NCBI RefSeq assembly: GCF_001194135.2
Contig: NC_068982.1
Location: forward strand, 24,486,827-24,550,826
Source of the DNA: Octopus bimaculoides
Lineage: Eukaryota
Reading direction: 5' to 3'
DNA: 64,000 nt
Of the stretch, positions 1 through 14,099 are shown in pieces. Position 1 is the first letter of the stretch. Every line of letters begins with the position of its first letter. A program made the translations under genes and the position numbers. The notes below the pieces were generated by a model. It made no database searches. It was given only the letters and a program-made list of their open reading frames with translations, and was not told the DNA's origin.

Positions 1-73
<73 letters not shown>

Positions 74-96
74 ATATATATATATATATATATACA
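1..96. repeat. (TC)n then (TA)n microsatellite
   Basis: Direct reading of the sequence. Confidence 0.97.
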
Positions 97-1506
97 CTTA
101 CGTACAGGAGACCAGAAGCGTACTACGCCGCTATATGTATATACAGAAATAACACAACAAAAACTGATACAAGAATGTAACAGGCTACAACGATACATCC
201 GGACAGTTAGACGATACATAAAAGGATAGGAAAAATCAAGGACGGGTCATTCGGAGGTTTCTTTCGTCAGTCGACTTCCATACATATATATATATGTACA
301 ATTGAGAAGAAAGAAAGGAAAAAGAGACATTCAAATAGGTGGCATGCAATTAACTATCCGAACCTTCAACAGCCGATAAACATGAATCTGAATCAGCAGG
401 AAACACTATTCACACGCCTACGCCATTTACTATATTTGTTGCATAAATCTATTCACTTCTATCGTTCTTCGATGTTTCCTTTCCTTTCCATCTTCCTAAG
501 AGTGCTTATACTGTAACAGAATAGCCTTTGTCATGCCGCTTGATCCTCGTACGTGATCATAAGAACTCACTGTTCTTTTCTTAGTAGTTATTAGACTGTC
601 CTCGTATAATACAATCTATGCTTATTGAACATCGTTTGTGAATTATCTCCGGTACTCAATACGTACTGTGTTGCACTATCGTCTTATCAGCACAGCCTGC
701 ATCTTTGTATATTTGCAATGAATGTGTGTGTGTGTGTGTGTATGTGAGTGTGTGTGTGTGTGTGTGTACGCGCGCATGCGTGCATGAGTGTATATTTTTT
801 TTATATTTTTTTTTAATTTCTGACTGAATTATTTTGCTTAGTTCTTGCATCTGTAAAGTGATGTAACTGATTACACCGCGGAAATGTTTTCACTGGCGTG
901 TTGAACTATTTAATTCCTTTGGTTAAAGAACTATATCTCATTCAGATCTGAATTCTTGATCATGTAAAAAATGTAGTAGTAATGTTTAATGCCAATAGCT
1001 GTAGAGCTGAGATGAAATTCTTGAAATAATACCGAACATGCACTGCATCATATTGTAAATTTACTCATTAAATGGCCGATTACCATCATTCTTTCGAATA
1101 TTAACTTGCTTAAAATAATGTAGAAATAAATACTTCAATGTGTTATTTCATTAGATAATATTTTAGAGCGAGATTTTAAGATGATGCATAATTCGAATGA
1201 TTAGGGGATGGATCTATGGTCCGATGGATGCATGGATCGATGGATGGATGGAAACATTATTATATAAGGGTCTGTACTGTTGTGAGACGTTGACAAATTT
1301 TAAGTTTAAGCTTTATACAACATAGGAACGTGTGCCCAAGACTAGTGTTAGTAATATATTACAAACCGATTGCCACTTTATTGTAGTACTTTCGTGCTAT
1401 GTCTTCGGTATTACCAGAAAAATACTATGTGAGGTTTACACATTTCCCTTATAATCAAATATCAGGCTTATTATGGATATGGAGAGAAAGGATGATGCAG
1501 TGATAC

Positions 1507-1590
1507 ATACATGCCTACATACATACATACATACATACATACATAATACATACATACATACATACATACATACATACATACATACATACA
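1507..1590. repeat. (TACA)n microsatellite
   Basis: Direct reading of the sequence. Confidence 0.95.
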
Positions 1591-1631
1591 TGTATGTATG
1601 CAGTCTAAGGTGACGAACTTTTACTGGTCAT

Positions 1632-1828
<197 letters not shown>

Positions 1829-2935
1829 NNNNNNNNNNNNNNNNNNNNNNNNNNNNNNNNNNNNNNNNNNNNNNNNNNNNNNNNNNNNNNNNNNNNNNNN
1901 NNNNNNNNNNNNNNNNNNNNNNNNNNNNNNNNNNNNNNNNNNNNNNNNNNNNNNNNNNNNNNNNNNNNNNNNNNNNNNNNNNNNNNNNNNNNNNNNNNNN
2001 NNNNNNNNNNNNNNNNNNNNNNNNNNNNNNNNNNNNNNNNNNNNNNNNNNNNNNNNNNNNNNNNNNNNNNNNNNNNNNNNNNNNNNNNNNNNNNNNNNNN
2101 NNNNNNNNNNNNNNNNNNNNNNNNNNNNNNNNNNNNNNNNNNNNNNNNNNNNNNNNNNNNNNNNNNNNNNNNNNNNNNNNNNNNNNNNNNNNNNNNNNNN
2201 NNNNNNNNNNNNNNNNNNNNNNNNNNNNNNNNNNNNNNNNNNNNNNNNNNNNNNNNNNNNNNNNNNNNNNNNNNNNNNNNNNNNNNNNNNNNNNNNNNNN
2301 NNNNNNNNNNNNNNNNNNNNNNNNNNNNNNNNNNNNNNNNNNNNNNNNNNNNNNNNNNNNNNNNNNNNNNNNNNNNNNNNNNNNNNNNNNNNNNNNNNNN
2401 NNNNNNNNNNNNNNNNNNNNNNNNNNNNNNNNNNNNNNNNNNNNNNNNNNNNNNNNNNNNNNNNNNNNNATATATATACAGTCATTCATATACACACAAC
2501 CATTTCCCGAATGTATAGACACATACACACATATACATACTGATGTACGCGCGTATGCACACAGTCACACAACTGTAAGGTTATGCACACATAGCAGCAG
2601 TATTGTCAGATGCAGGAATTGCATAACCCATATACATCTAAACTCACTCACTCACCCGCTTTAAATCTTTCATGTGCTTTTGTACGTTTGTTAGCTCCCA
2701 CAGATACAGTCGTATGTTATCCAGACGCATTACGTACATGAGTAGAATATTGCTTTTATTCAGGCGAAGTTCGTCTATTGACATATGACATCAACAGAAA
2801 TCTTTGACATACAGAACTACGTATAATATATTTATACACTAAATAATTTGCATATAACCAATGAAAATCTGCCGCGGAATTAACTCAGGTTGACACGTAT
2901 TTGAACTGAAATTTTAACAATACGAGTATATTGGT

Positions 2936-3125
2936 TTGAAATTTAGGCACCAGGTCAGCAATTTCGGGGAAATGGATAAGTCGATTATATCGACCCCTGT
3001 GCTTAATTGGTAGTTACTTTATCGAAACCCAAAGGATAAAAATTAAATCGACATCAGCGGAATTTGAACACATGACATAGTAACGGACAAAATGCAGCTA
3101 AGTATTTCGGTCTGCGTGCTACCAC
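2936..3125 (-). mobile_element. Degenerate tRNA-derived SINE (Octopus-type)
   Basis: Reverse complement resembles the SINE at 10548 and 57001, with a gggtcgat..aatcgac core and gtgcctaaatttcaaaccaa tail. Confidence 0.7.
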
Positions 3126-3508
3126 CACACCACCTTACAATAAGATTATATTAAATACCGTAAAAACGTGAGCCCAACAACCAAACATCGAGCATTGTAT
3201 TCTTCCTATAACATATGTCTGTAATAGTAGAGTGATCATTTGTATAATATATTTATAAACACAAACATATTTCTTTTTATTACCCAGCCATATCTCAATT
3301 TCTATGCCGTTATATCTCCTCCTTCATTTCCATTTTATCTCCGGAAATCCTCCAGGCAACTGCTTGGGATATTAGAATTTTATGTGACTGCTTGCATACG
3401 CGCGTACGTCAGCGTGTGTATGTGTGTATGTGTCTATACATTCGGGAATTCTGCAGAATTTTCGGGTGAATGTANNNNNNNNNNNNNNNNNNNNNNNNNN
3501 NNNNNNNN

Positions 3509-3554
<46 letters not shown>

Positions 3555-3814
3555 ACTGCAATGATATATTAACTTCTTAAAGGGATTATTTAATTGCTGG
3601 AAAGTATTTCTTCAATTTAAATAGGTATATTGTAAATATCGAATTAGTAAGATTTATTTGCAAGGGAATCCATCCTTGCCATCTCCAGCCTGACGTGATA
3701 AACATGGACCCGATTCCTGTATATTGACCCGTCATCAGCATGTGATAATCCCTGGTTGTCGAGGTGAAGTGGTTTCCAATGCAAATATATATATAACCTT
3801 TTTCACTGATCTCG

Positions 3815-4010
3815 AAAAAGGGTAAACAAGCAATAATAAATCTCTGAGCAAGATAGCATAGCCGTGACACGAGGAGACATTGATACATCGGGTATAGCTC
3901 ATCATGTATGGAAAAATGGAGACCACCTCCCCCTGTGGGATGAACTTAAAAATAACAGACAGAGAACACCACTGGAAAATACGAAACTTTATTATAGATG
4001 TAAAATTCAT
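3815..4010 (+). mobile_element. Penelope-like element, GIY-YIG endonuclease 3' fragment
   Basis: Reads AVTRGDIDTSGIAHHVWKNGDHLPLWDELKITDREHHWKIR. It is clearly homologous to 31090-31230 (DVTRGDI...DQVWKNGDHLPLWDEVK). Confidence 0.85.
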
Positions 4011-4424
4011 ATGTAACTTTCGTCTCATTTGGCTGACCTCTAATTCCCTCCAGTCGCTGTCTGAAGTTAGAGTTCGTTCCATTAGTGTTTTTGTATCGTC
4101 CTTTGTTTATTTTAGTGTGCAATGATTTTTTTTTTCTGAGTAATGTCATTTTGGTTTAAGAGAATTTTTAATTTTCCCTCGTTTTTTTCTTGCTTTTTTT
4201 TTTTGTAATTTAGTGTTGCTTGGAATTGCCGCCCAACTAGTTTTCTACATTTATTGAAAACGAATATTATTTCAATACACCAAGAATTCGTCTTGTACAG
4301 TAGTATATATTCACTTACCCATATTGATCCAAATAATGTCTAGTGACCACTTTAAGTCTTTTCTTCTCTCAGGTCAGTTTCCTTTCCTATACATGCATAC
4401 AAACACGCACATACATATACATAC

Positions 4425-4438
4425 AGATTGATAGATAG

Positions 4439-4502
<64 letters not shown>
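4425..4502. repeat. (GATA)n(GA)n compound microsatellite
   Basis: Direct reading of the sequence. Confidence 0.95.
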
Positions 4503-4506
<4 letters not shown>

Positions 4507-5162
4507 CTGCTTCTTTGTATGTATGTGTTATGTGTATTTTATGTATGCAGTTCATCTGGCGGAAGTAGTAGCAATAAGTGCTTATTTGAATGTCAGATTG
4601 TTCAGGGCGTTTCAATTATGCTAAGGATTGGGTATGTATTTTGCTGTAAGGAAATAATGAAAACTGTTTAATGAGTGGTGCAGTTCATAATAAAGCATAA
4701 AGTGGAATAAGAAAATGTGCAATCCGAGAGTATATATATTTTCGAAAATTACGCAAAATTTTAAAAGGGAAAGCTGGAAGCTAGTAATGACGTATAACAA
4801 CATCGTAGTCCAAAGATGGCGATCATTTCTGAGATTTACTGTACTCGTATAGGTGTGCTTCATTGTATTTTCTTGCTTCAGGTATGCAGATCAAGATCGA
4901 TAAGTTATTGTTCGAAGCTATAAACGAATTTGGAATCTACTTAATAAATTGTACTAGACTTTGTTGGGAGAATTAGATTCCTTGTAAAGAATTTATGTGT
5001 AACGTATTGTATTATTGTTTCTGGTGTGAAACTTTATTATAGACGTAAAATCCATATATAACTTTATTGAAAAATATTGCTGTCTGTTTTATGTGAGTAT
5101 CTATATGACAATGTGTGTGTGTGGTGTGTGTGTGTGAATGTATGTATTATACCGATTGTAGC

Positions 5163-5193
<31 letters not shown>

Positions 5194-8100
5194 CATATAN
5201 NNNNNNNNNNNNNNNNNNNNNNNNNNNNNNNNNNNNNNNNNNNNNNNNNNNNNNNNNNNNNNNNNNNNNNNNNNNNNNNNNNNNNNNNNNNNNNNNNNNN
5301 NNNNNNNNNNNNNNNNNNNNNNNNNNNNNNNNNNNNNNNNNNNNNNNNNNNNNNNNNNNNNNNNNNNNATACCCATTATGTATTCTGTCCTCAAATAGCC
5401 ATTTTTTTTAGGTTTCAGCTAATGATTGATTGTTAATATTTTGCATATATTTTCAATTCAAAATGGCCTCCATTGGTTTTCACAATAGCCCTCAATATTT
5501 TCGCAACTATTTTATCACCTAACAATTCTTTGTACCAATCATTTTCAACGCTACAATTTCTTTACTTTATTTTCAGCCGCCATATTTAATTTTCAGTAAA
5601 CAATAAAACAAAAGAGTGTTGGAAACGATTATACTATTTTAAACTATTTCTGTGAATAAGAATGTTTCAGATTAGAGTAAAGTAGTACCTTAAACACTGT
5701 GTGCATACATACTGATCCCGGTATGTATGTAAATGTGTCATATTGTATATGTAGTCTAAACAGTTTTAGATTCGGTGTTATTTCTACACTTTAAATATTC
5801 ATGAAGTTTATTTGGGTATAGTTTCTGTAAGAATGCAAGACGTTTAGCAGGATTTAACAGAGGGATATGATGATAACTTTGCACGTGCCTCAGAGTGGAA
5901 ATGTAGGTCTACATCGCACGATCAAAGACATAGGTTGATGGGAAAACTATATAGAAATAAAAGGGTATATAAAGAATTAAACGTACATAAGAAACATGCC
6001 CTCGGTACTGCTATTCATTCCTCTCGTCACAGTTTACCCTCAAACTATCATCCTTTTCTTTTTCTTAGACGCTGAGTTCTCAACCCCTATTGTATAATTC
6101 ATTTCCACAATCCATACACACATTGCTGGAATTTAAAATTGGAAAATTCACAACTCCTGGAAAATGTATATATAATCAGAATAGAGGGATTCGGGTAACG
6201 GATACACAGCGACGTATGGAAAACAATCTATTCTGGAATGGCAAACAAAAACCCCTTCCCCAATCGCAAAAGCATGCAATGACAAAATGACGATGATATA
6301 CTTTAAAATTTCTTCGTTTATCTTCTAATACACGATCACATTGCCTTTCTCGTATCCGTAGCTAATTTGCAAATCCTGACAAATAATGCTGCAGTGAGTC
6401 GTGTGTACTTTAACAGTTACTTCAAATTTCCACTTACACAAAAAAACGCATACCTTGAACCATATGTAAGAGAATAAACAAATACACTCGTCTGTTCATG
6501 AGACAGTGTAAATTTTCCAAAAGCAACTGGATAAACGAAGACAAGGAGGTAATTTATAAGTATATAATTTTCAGGATTTTATTACAATATTAGCAATATA
6601 ACCTTGAACAATTTTAATGCAATGCAAATAACAGTATTGCACTCACAGTAATGATTAAGGTGGTAACATAAATCATGCTTTATTTTATTGGCGAAAATGA
6701 AGAGAAAATACGGATGTTATGATACCAATATTAAAAGGCTATAATAAATCAGCGGATTTATCGGTTCGAAGTAGTAATATATCGAGATATGATGCAGTGG
6801 TGTTAGAAAGTAATTTTAAACGATATTAGCAAATATGAACAGCAAAATAATCATAGATGATAAAAAATGATTATCAAAATATCAATATTAATGACGTGTG
6901 CTTTTGATTAGCATACACAAACGGTGTTTTAGATGAGTGAAGGTTATAAATGGATTGAAAATATATAGTAACAATATTTTTCGTATAAATATAGAAGAAA
7001 AGTGAGAATATCAGTATAAGGAGACAAAGGAAGATAGAAATAGCTGTAACTGTAATGTAAATGATACAATTTTATAATAAAATTAGTGTGTTATATTTTA
7101 TTTTACAGTATAATGAGGTCATAAACATTAATGATGGTTACAGAAATGTAGAGCGGTAAATACTAAATCATAATGTCAAACAATAAATATTGGTAATAAA
7201 CAGGAAAAAAATATTAACAATTGTTGATACCTGGTGTTGATTGCATCGAAAAAGTGTTGGCAGATGGCAGGCAAGTATAAAATAAAGGTATATGATATAA
7301 GATGAATAATAGGGGAACGTAAAACACCAATAAAATTATCGTCAATGGTACAATATGTAAATAATAAGGAATGGTTTATCTCAAAATGGCGTAAAAATGG
7401 TGGGGTGATTGCATAGAAAACGAAGTAATACGAATGTATCATGTATCAGTAATATGGGTTCAGTTAGAAATTTGAGGCTTTTTCTTAGATTGTGCGTATG
7501 ACAGTGCTTGTCTATATAAATGCAACGGACCTTGCAAATATTCTACATGTGCATCGATGAACTCGTCTGAATTTTTACGAATGCATGCATATGAATGCAC
7601 GGATTGCTTGTTCAAGCATGCACACTATTACATGTTCAATCATGCACATTATCACTTGTTCAAGCATGCAAATCTGCTACACATTCTATAAGATGTTAAT
7701 ATTTGTTTGGGAACTGAGGTTGTTGGGTGAAATTGTTGCCTAAGTAGTGTGGAGGTTAAAGGATGTTCAATTGCAATATTTGTGTATGAATGGATGCCAA
7801 AAAGTGACCAATGTATTCACCAGTAAAGAGGTCAGGTTTTATACAGTAGGAAGTTATCATACTTTGAACGTGTATCCTTATTCGTTTACCCTCCACATAC
7901 AAGGTTTAACATCCCGCGTTCTATAATTGCTATGTTTTGCCATTTGGGGACTGAACTTTTGGTTAAATCACAATTCATATTATAAAATATGATCGATTAT
8001 AAGATCACAGGTGTGCTTTGAGTTTGGGTGTCGTTACTTCAAACAGAATTACAGAGACAAGGATCTAATGACATTTGGTCGTACATAAGTGTATAGGATT

Positions 8101-8428
8101 TAGTGTATAGTGTATAGGCTGCCGGTATAGGATTTGATGGTTTTATTAATGATCACGTTGAACAAACAATCTATATCCAGCTTGACTATAAGCGTTGAAC
8201 ACACAGTGCTCAGAATTACGTACATGCACACGTACACAGGCGGAGTATAACTCTCTTATAACTGACAAAGAACTTCAAGTACAGCTTGGAAGGAGGGACT
8301 CAAGGCAACATATTGCACAAATACTTGTTTACTTCAAATTTGGATGTATCACCAATTTCACTAGGAGGAAACTTCTTCGACCGGAAGATATACAGTGAGA
8401 AACGTATTAAAAGCGCCATATAATTTTC

Positions 8429-8445
8429 AATGGTAGTTGTAGTAG

Positions 8446-8490
<45 letters not shown>

Positions 8491-8689
8491 AAGTAGTAGT
8501 AGTAGTAGTAGTATTGGTGGTGGTGGTGGTGATTTTGTTGTTGGTGGTGGTGGTAGTAGTTTTAGTAGTAGTAGTAGTAGTAGTAGTAGTAGCAGTAGTA
8601 GTAGTAGTGGTGGTGGCGGTGGTGGTGGTAGTAGTAGTAGTATTAGTAGTAGTAGTTGTAGTAGTAGTAGTGGTGGTGGTGGTGTTTTT

Positions 8690-8723
<34 letters not shown>

Positions 8724-8735
8724 CAGCAGCAGTAA
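8429..8735. repeat. Compound trinucleotide microsatellite (GCA/GTA/GTG)n
   Basis: Direct reading; this explains the poly-Val/Ala ORF 8430-8693. Confidence 0.95.
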
Positions 8736-9405
8736 TGGGGCTGGTGTAATTTAATAAGCTATGGTAATCTTGCTTTCAGTCATGAATGCTACAATGTCCA
8801 TAACAGGAGTGAAATTGACATGTAGTTTTAAAATAGTGAGGTTAGTTCGACGCGAAATATTTGGCGAGAAGATAATCAACATATTAAAGAAGTCAAGCAG
8901 TGCAGGACGTTAGCGCAATAATACCAAAGATAGATAAAGAGAAAGATAAATACGGAGAATTAGTCGATTACTTAATCTTAATGCTACTGTTTAGGCTACA
9001 ATAGTTAAGTTCCAAATTTTATATGCGAATGGATAATAGAAGTATTGTTGTCGTAATGCCCTTCGTGTGACAAGTAGAATAATCATCTGAACTTTATTCA
9101 ATTCAATGTTTTTCTTGTGAAATATGTGTAACTGTAGGTACATCCATCTATTTAATGGTTGAAATTTACTAAATTCGTAGCGGCGTTATGGAATATTATT
9201 GGCTTTGACATATCGTGGTGAAATTAAATTCTATATGTCTTGGTACTTTAGTATAAGTGGATGCGTAGGTTAATAAAGTTCTGATAACATTTGAAGTCAG
9301 GTAAGTAATTAATAATCAAATATTACGGTGACTGGTCTACTTTAAAACATCATAAACACTTTTGTAAATATTAAGTGCATAAAATTCGATAGATGCATAT
9401 ATATT

Positions 9406-9437
<32 letters not shown>

Positions 9438-10547
9438 NNNNNNNNNNNNNNNNNNNNNNNNNNNNNNNNNNNNNNNNNNNNNNNNNNNNNNNNNNNNNNN
9501 NNNNNNNNNNNNNNNNNNNNNNNNNNNNNNNNNNNNNNNNNNNNNNNNNNNNNNNNNNNNNNNNNNNNNNNNNNNNNNNNNNNNNNNNNNNNNNNNNNNN
9601 NNNNNNNNNNNNNNNNNNNNNNNNNNNNNNNNNNNNNNNNNNNNNNNNNNNNNNNNNNNNNNNNNNNNNNNNNNNNNNNNNNNNNNNNNNNNNNNNNNNN
9701 NNNNNNNNNNNNNNNNNNNNNNNNNNNNNNNNNNNNNNNNNNNNNNNNNNNNNNNNNNNNNNNNNNNNNNNNNNNNNNNNNNNNNNNNNNNNNNNNNNNN
9801 NNNNNNNNNNNNNNNNNNNNNNNNNNNNNNNNNNNNNNNNNNNNNNNNNNNNNNNNNNNNNNNNNNNNNNNNNNNNNNNNNNNNNNNNNNNNNNNNNNNN
9901 NNNNNNNNNNNNNNNNNNNNNNNNNNNNNNNNNNNNNNNNNNNNNNNNNNNNNNNNNNNNNNNNNNNNNNNNNNNNNNNNNNNNNNNNNNNNNNNNNNNN
10001 NNNNNNNNNNNNNNNNNNNNNNNNNNNNNNNNNNNNNNNNNNNNNNNNNNNNNNNNNNNNNNNNNNNNNNNNNNNNNNNNNNNNNNNNNNNNNNNNNNNN
10101 NNNNNNNNNNNNNNNNNNNNNNNNNNNNNNNNNNNNNNNNNNNNNNNNNNNNNNNNNNNNNNNNNNNNNNNNNNNNNNNNNNNNNNNNNNNNNNNNNNNN
10201 NNNNNNNNNNNNNNNNNNNNNNNNNNNNNNNNNNNNNNNNNNNNNNNNNNNNNNNNNNNNNNNNNNNNNNNNNNNNNNNNNNNNNNNNNATATATAAATA
10301 AAAATCAGTAGAAGAATCTGTTTAATAGACGGAGTCCAATAAATGTCATCAAATAAATGGAACGGGTTTTGATGCTAATATGGATTATGTATCTAATTTA
10401 ACCAGACAGCTGTTTCTGTCTTAAAAGACCGTATTTCATGTATACAATTGAAGAATAGGTATTTCAACAAAAGTAAAACACATTATTATACACCATTTGG
10501 AGCTCATCAGGGGATAATAATTAAATATTTTAATATTTCAACTTAGT

Positions 10548-10768
10548 AAGGTGGTGAGCTGGCAGAAACGTCAGCACGCCGGGCAAAATGCTTAGCGGTA
10601 CTTCGTTGTCTGTACGTTGTAAGTTCAAATTCCGCCGTGGTCGAGTTTGTTTTCCATCCTTTCGAGGTTGATAAATTAAGTACCAGTTGCGTACTTGGGT
10701 TGATCTAATTGATTGGCCTCCTCCCCCACCAAAATTTCGGGCCTTGTGCCTTTAGTGGAAAAGAATAT
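10548..10768 (+). mobile_element. tRNA-derived SINE (Octopus-type)
   Basis: Head aaggtggtgagctggcagaa..., B-box-like gttcaaattcc, core gataaattaagtaccagttgcgtact, and tail aaaatttcgggccttgtgcct shared with 18368 and 57232. Confidence 0.85.
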
Positions 10769-12092
10769 TTAAAGTTAGTACCATTAGTTTTCTACTTTGT
10801 GATCATTATATTGATTTCGTTTTCTAACTAATCTATTCATTTCACTGGCCAAATCAAGTTCTAAACTGAAGCTTACGTATTCTCTAAAAGCATAAATTAA
10901 CACAAACTACATTTGATATATAAAGAGGTTGCTAGTGTTGTTACAAAATCAATATATTAAATAGTTTCAAATACTGAGTATATTAAATGACATTTATCTC
11001 TCGATTTTGCTAGACTGTGTGACTTTTTCTTCGATTCTTCATATAATGGAACACTAAACTAACGTATATACAAACATAAATATATGTATATGTATGCATA
11101 TGTATATATATATATATATATATATNNNNNNNNNNNNNNNNNNNNNNNNNNNNNNNNNNNNNNNNNNNNNNNNNNNNNNNNNNNNNNNNNNNNNNNNNNN
11201 NNNNNNNNNNNNNNNNNNNNNNNNNNNNNNNNNNNNNNNNNNNNNNNNNNNNNNNNNNNNNNNNNNNNNNNNNNNNNNNNNNNNNNNNNNNNNNNNNNNN
11301 NNNNNNNNNNNNNNNNNNNNNNNNNNNNNNNNNNNNNNNNNNNNNNNNNNNNNNNNNNNNNNNNNNNNNNNNNNNNNNNNNNNNNNNNNNNNNNNNNNNN
11401 NNNNNNNNNNNNNNNNNNNNNNNNNNNNNNNNNNNNNNNNNNNNNNNNNNNNNNNNNNNNNNNNNNNNNNNNNNNNNNNNNNNNNNNNNNNNNNNNNNNN
11501 NNNNNNNNNNNNNNNNNNNNNNNNNNNNNNNNNNNNNNNNNNNNNNNNNNNNNNNNNNNNNNNNNNNNNNNNNNNNNNNNNNNNNNNNNNNNNNNNNNNN
11601 NNNNNNNNNNNNNNNNNNNNNNNNNNNNNNNNNNNNNNNNNNNNNNNNNNNNNNNNNNNNNNNNNNNNNNNNNNNNNNNNNNNNNNNNNNNNNNNNNNNN
11701 NNNNNNNNNNNNNNNNNNNNNNNNNNNNNNNNNNNNNNNNNNNNNNNNNNNNNNNNNNNNNNNNNNNNNNNNNNNNNNNNNNNNNNNNNNNNNNNNNNNN
11801 NNNNNNNNNNNNNNNNNNNNNNNNNNNNNNNNNNNNNNNNNNNNNNNNNNNNNNNNNNNNNNNNNNNNNNNNNNNNNNNNNNNNNNNNNNNNNNNNNNNN
11901 NNNNNNNNNNNNNNNNNNNNNNNNNNNNNNNNNNNNNNNNNNNNNNNNNNNNNNNNNNNNNNNNNNNNNNNNNNNNNNNNNNNNNNNNNNNNNNNNNNNN
12001 NNNNNNNNNNNNNNNNNNNNNNNNNNNNNNNNNNNNNNNNNNNNNNNNNNNNNNNNNNNNNNNNNNNNNNNNNNNNNNNNNNNNNNNNNNNN

Positions 12093-12128
<36 letters not shown>

Positions 12129-12788
12129 TTCTGTGCGTGCGCGCATATGTTTGTGTCTATGATTTGGATGTTGGGAGCATGTAGTTTTTGGGTAGGGAGA
12201 ATAAATCTAAGAAGGCAGGCGTTCAATATATAATGCTCAATTCGACGTTAATTCAGCAATGTGTACCATACGCTCGTTTTAGTGCACCTCTGAAATAAGT
12301 AAATAAATGAAGTTGATAACAGATATAATTTAATACGTCTGTCACTTGTAAATCATACTAAGATTTAGTGACTATGTAGTCAAAACACCATCACTATATT
12401 CCTTGAAATTGCTCTTAATTAAATTGTTCATGAGATTGCAGACTATAATTATTTTCAAGGCAATTACGGAGCATTGCTTCCACTAGAACCTTAAGTTTGG
12501 ATATTAATGCGTATACATTAATTAACCGCAGAGTTTTTAATTATATTAAACAATGTGTAATTAAGCATCAAAACAAATATGCAATGATGTCCATTCCAAT
12601 TCAACTAATTAGAAAATAATCTCCTTCAATATGAAATAGTATTGATTTAAGTGTGAATTAATGCACACATATTCAAGTGTATTCGATAATACATATACAC
12701 GTGCATGTCTATATGCGTGTGCGTGTGTTTATATGGGTTTGTGGGTGTATAGAATATATATATATCTATACGTGTGTGTATGTGTATC

Positions 12789-12821
<33 letters not shown>

Positions 12822-13149
12822 CTGTGTGTGTGTGTACCGCCTGTAATTAACAAATAGTTATTTAATTTTGGGTTTTGCTCACTGCACTTTTGGCTATGCA
12901 TGCAGTTTTGTTTTAAAATGACGTTACTTTTAAATTATAAGTTATTAATGATAGCAGCATTGGTATATAATAGACCATATGCAAATTCTATTTTACCGAA
13001 GTAAATATTGAAACGCCAATTCTGCGAATGTTTTAAATAAGTGTATTTTTGTATTGATCTTACTGATTTGCAATACTGAGGATAATGTGAAATGCAGTTT
13101 TCTTAAAGTAACAACAAAATAAAAGGGGAAGGAAGATTCATTCTCTTAC

Positions 13150-13269
13150 CTTTTTCAAATATTGCAGCAAACAATAGAATTAAAACGTTCACAATAATGG
13201 GGAGCAGAGCACAAATGCTTGATCGTTTCAGTATACCCACTTGTGTCTGGGAAAATGACATAGATGAAC
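13150..13269 (-). CDS. Candidate host exon (120 bp) encoding a hydrophobic signal or membrane-anchor segment
   Basis: Flanked on the minus strand by ctcacag| and AG|gtaaga. One frame is open: SSMSFSQTQVGILKRSSICALLPIIVNVLILLFAAIFEK. Partner exons were not found. Confidence 0.4.
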
Positions 13270-14099
13270 CTGTGAGTAGATTATAGCATATGTAAAATAC
13301 GAGGTACCTCTACAAAGCTTTAGGATTATGTGTTGAAGCTAATAGTAAAAGTCCAATATAAAATGTAATAGTAATTCTCAACTCAGTCTTTATTACAATA
13401 ACCATGTATATCGTGTTTAATGAAAGCCGGTCAGATACGAAACTTTCTTTTCAAAATGCACCTTCACACAATCTCGGCTACAGTGATGCATTGAAAATGA
13501 ATTTTTCGTGTTTTATATTGTTTGGTTGACAACCAATTGATGAAACAATTTTAAAATAGCGCACTCATTGGAAACCAAAAATAATAAAATACCTGTACTT
13601 TAAATCATGTCTGTTGCAACCGAGAGCATAGAAATAGAACATACTATCAATTGCTCCAGCTGTTTGGAAAAGTACACGTCATGTAACGTTTAAGCTCTTG
13701 TTAGTGAAATATATTTATAACTCAGTGAATAGAGAGACGAAACTTGATATCCTCCCATGTGGATACTCAGATTTTATCAACTTTGGCGTTTGCATTATTA
13801 AAGCCGTACCAGGTATTAGATAAAACGAAAATTGGTATTTTTACAAAAAAATATATGAAAATTTATGAATATTACAAGGGAAAATAAAGTGAAAGTACAG
13901 ATAATATGCGCTTCTGCACTACTTTCTGTATATGTATATATGTAAATATATAAATATATTTGCGTGTGTGTCTATAAGCCAAATGAGTGTACATAGATGT
14001 TTGTCGATATTGAACAAATAGACCTGGAATTTACGTGCAGAATCTCTTCTATTTAGTAGGGCTCTTCTATTTAGTAGGGTTCTGCATGGCTTAAAAATA

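Noticed and set aside
240-282. Minus-strand CTGACGA...GAA hammerhead candidate
   Set aside because: No convincing stem II, and GAAU is present instead of GAAA.
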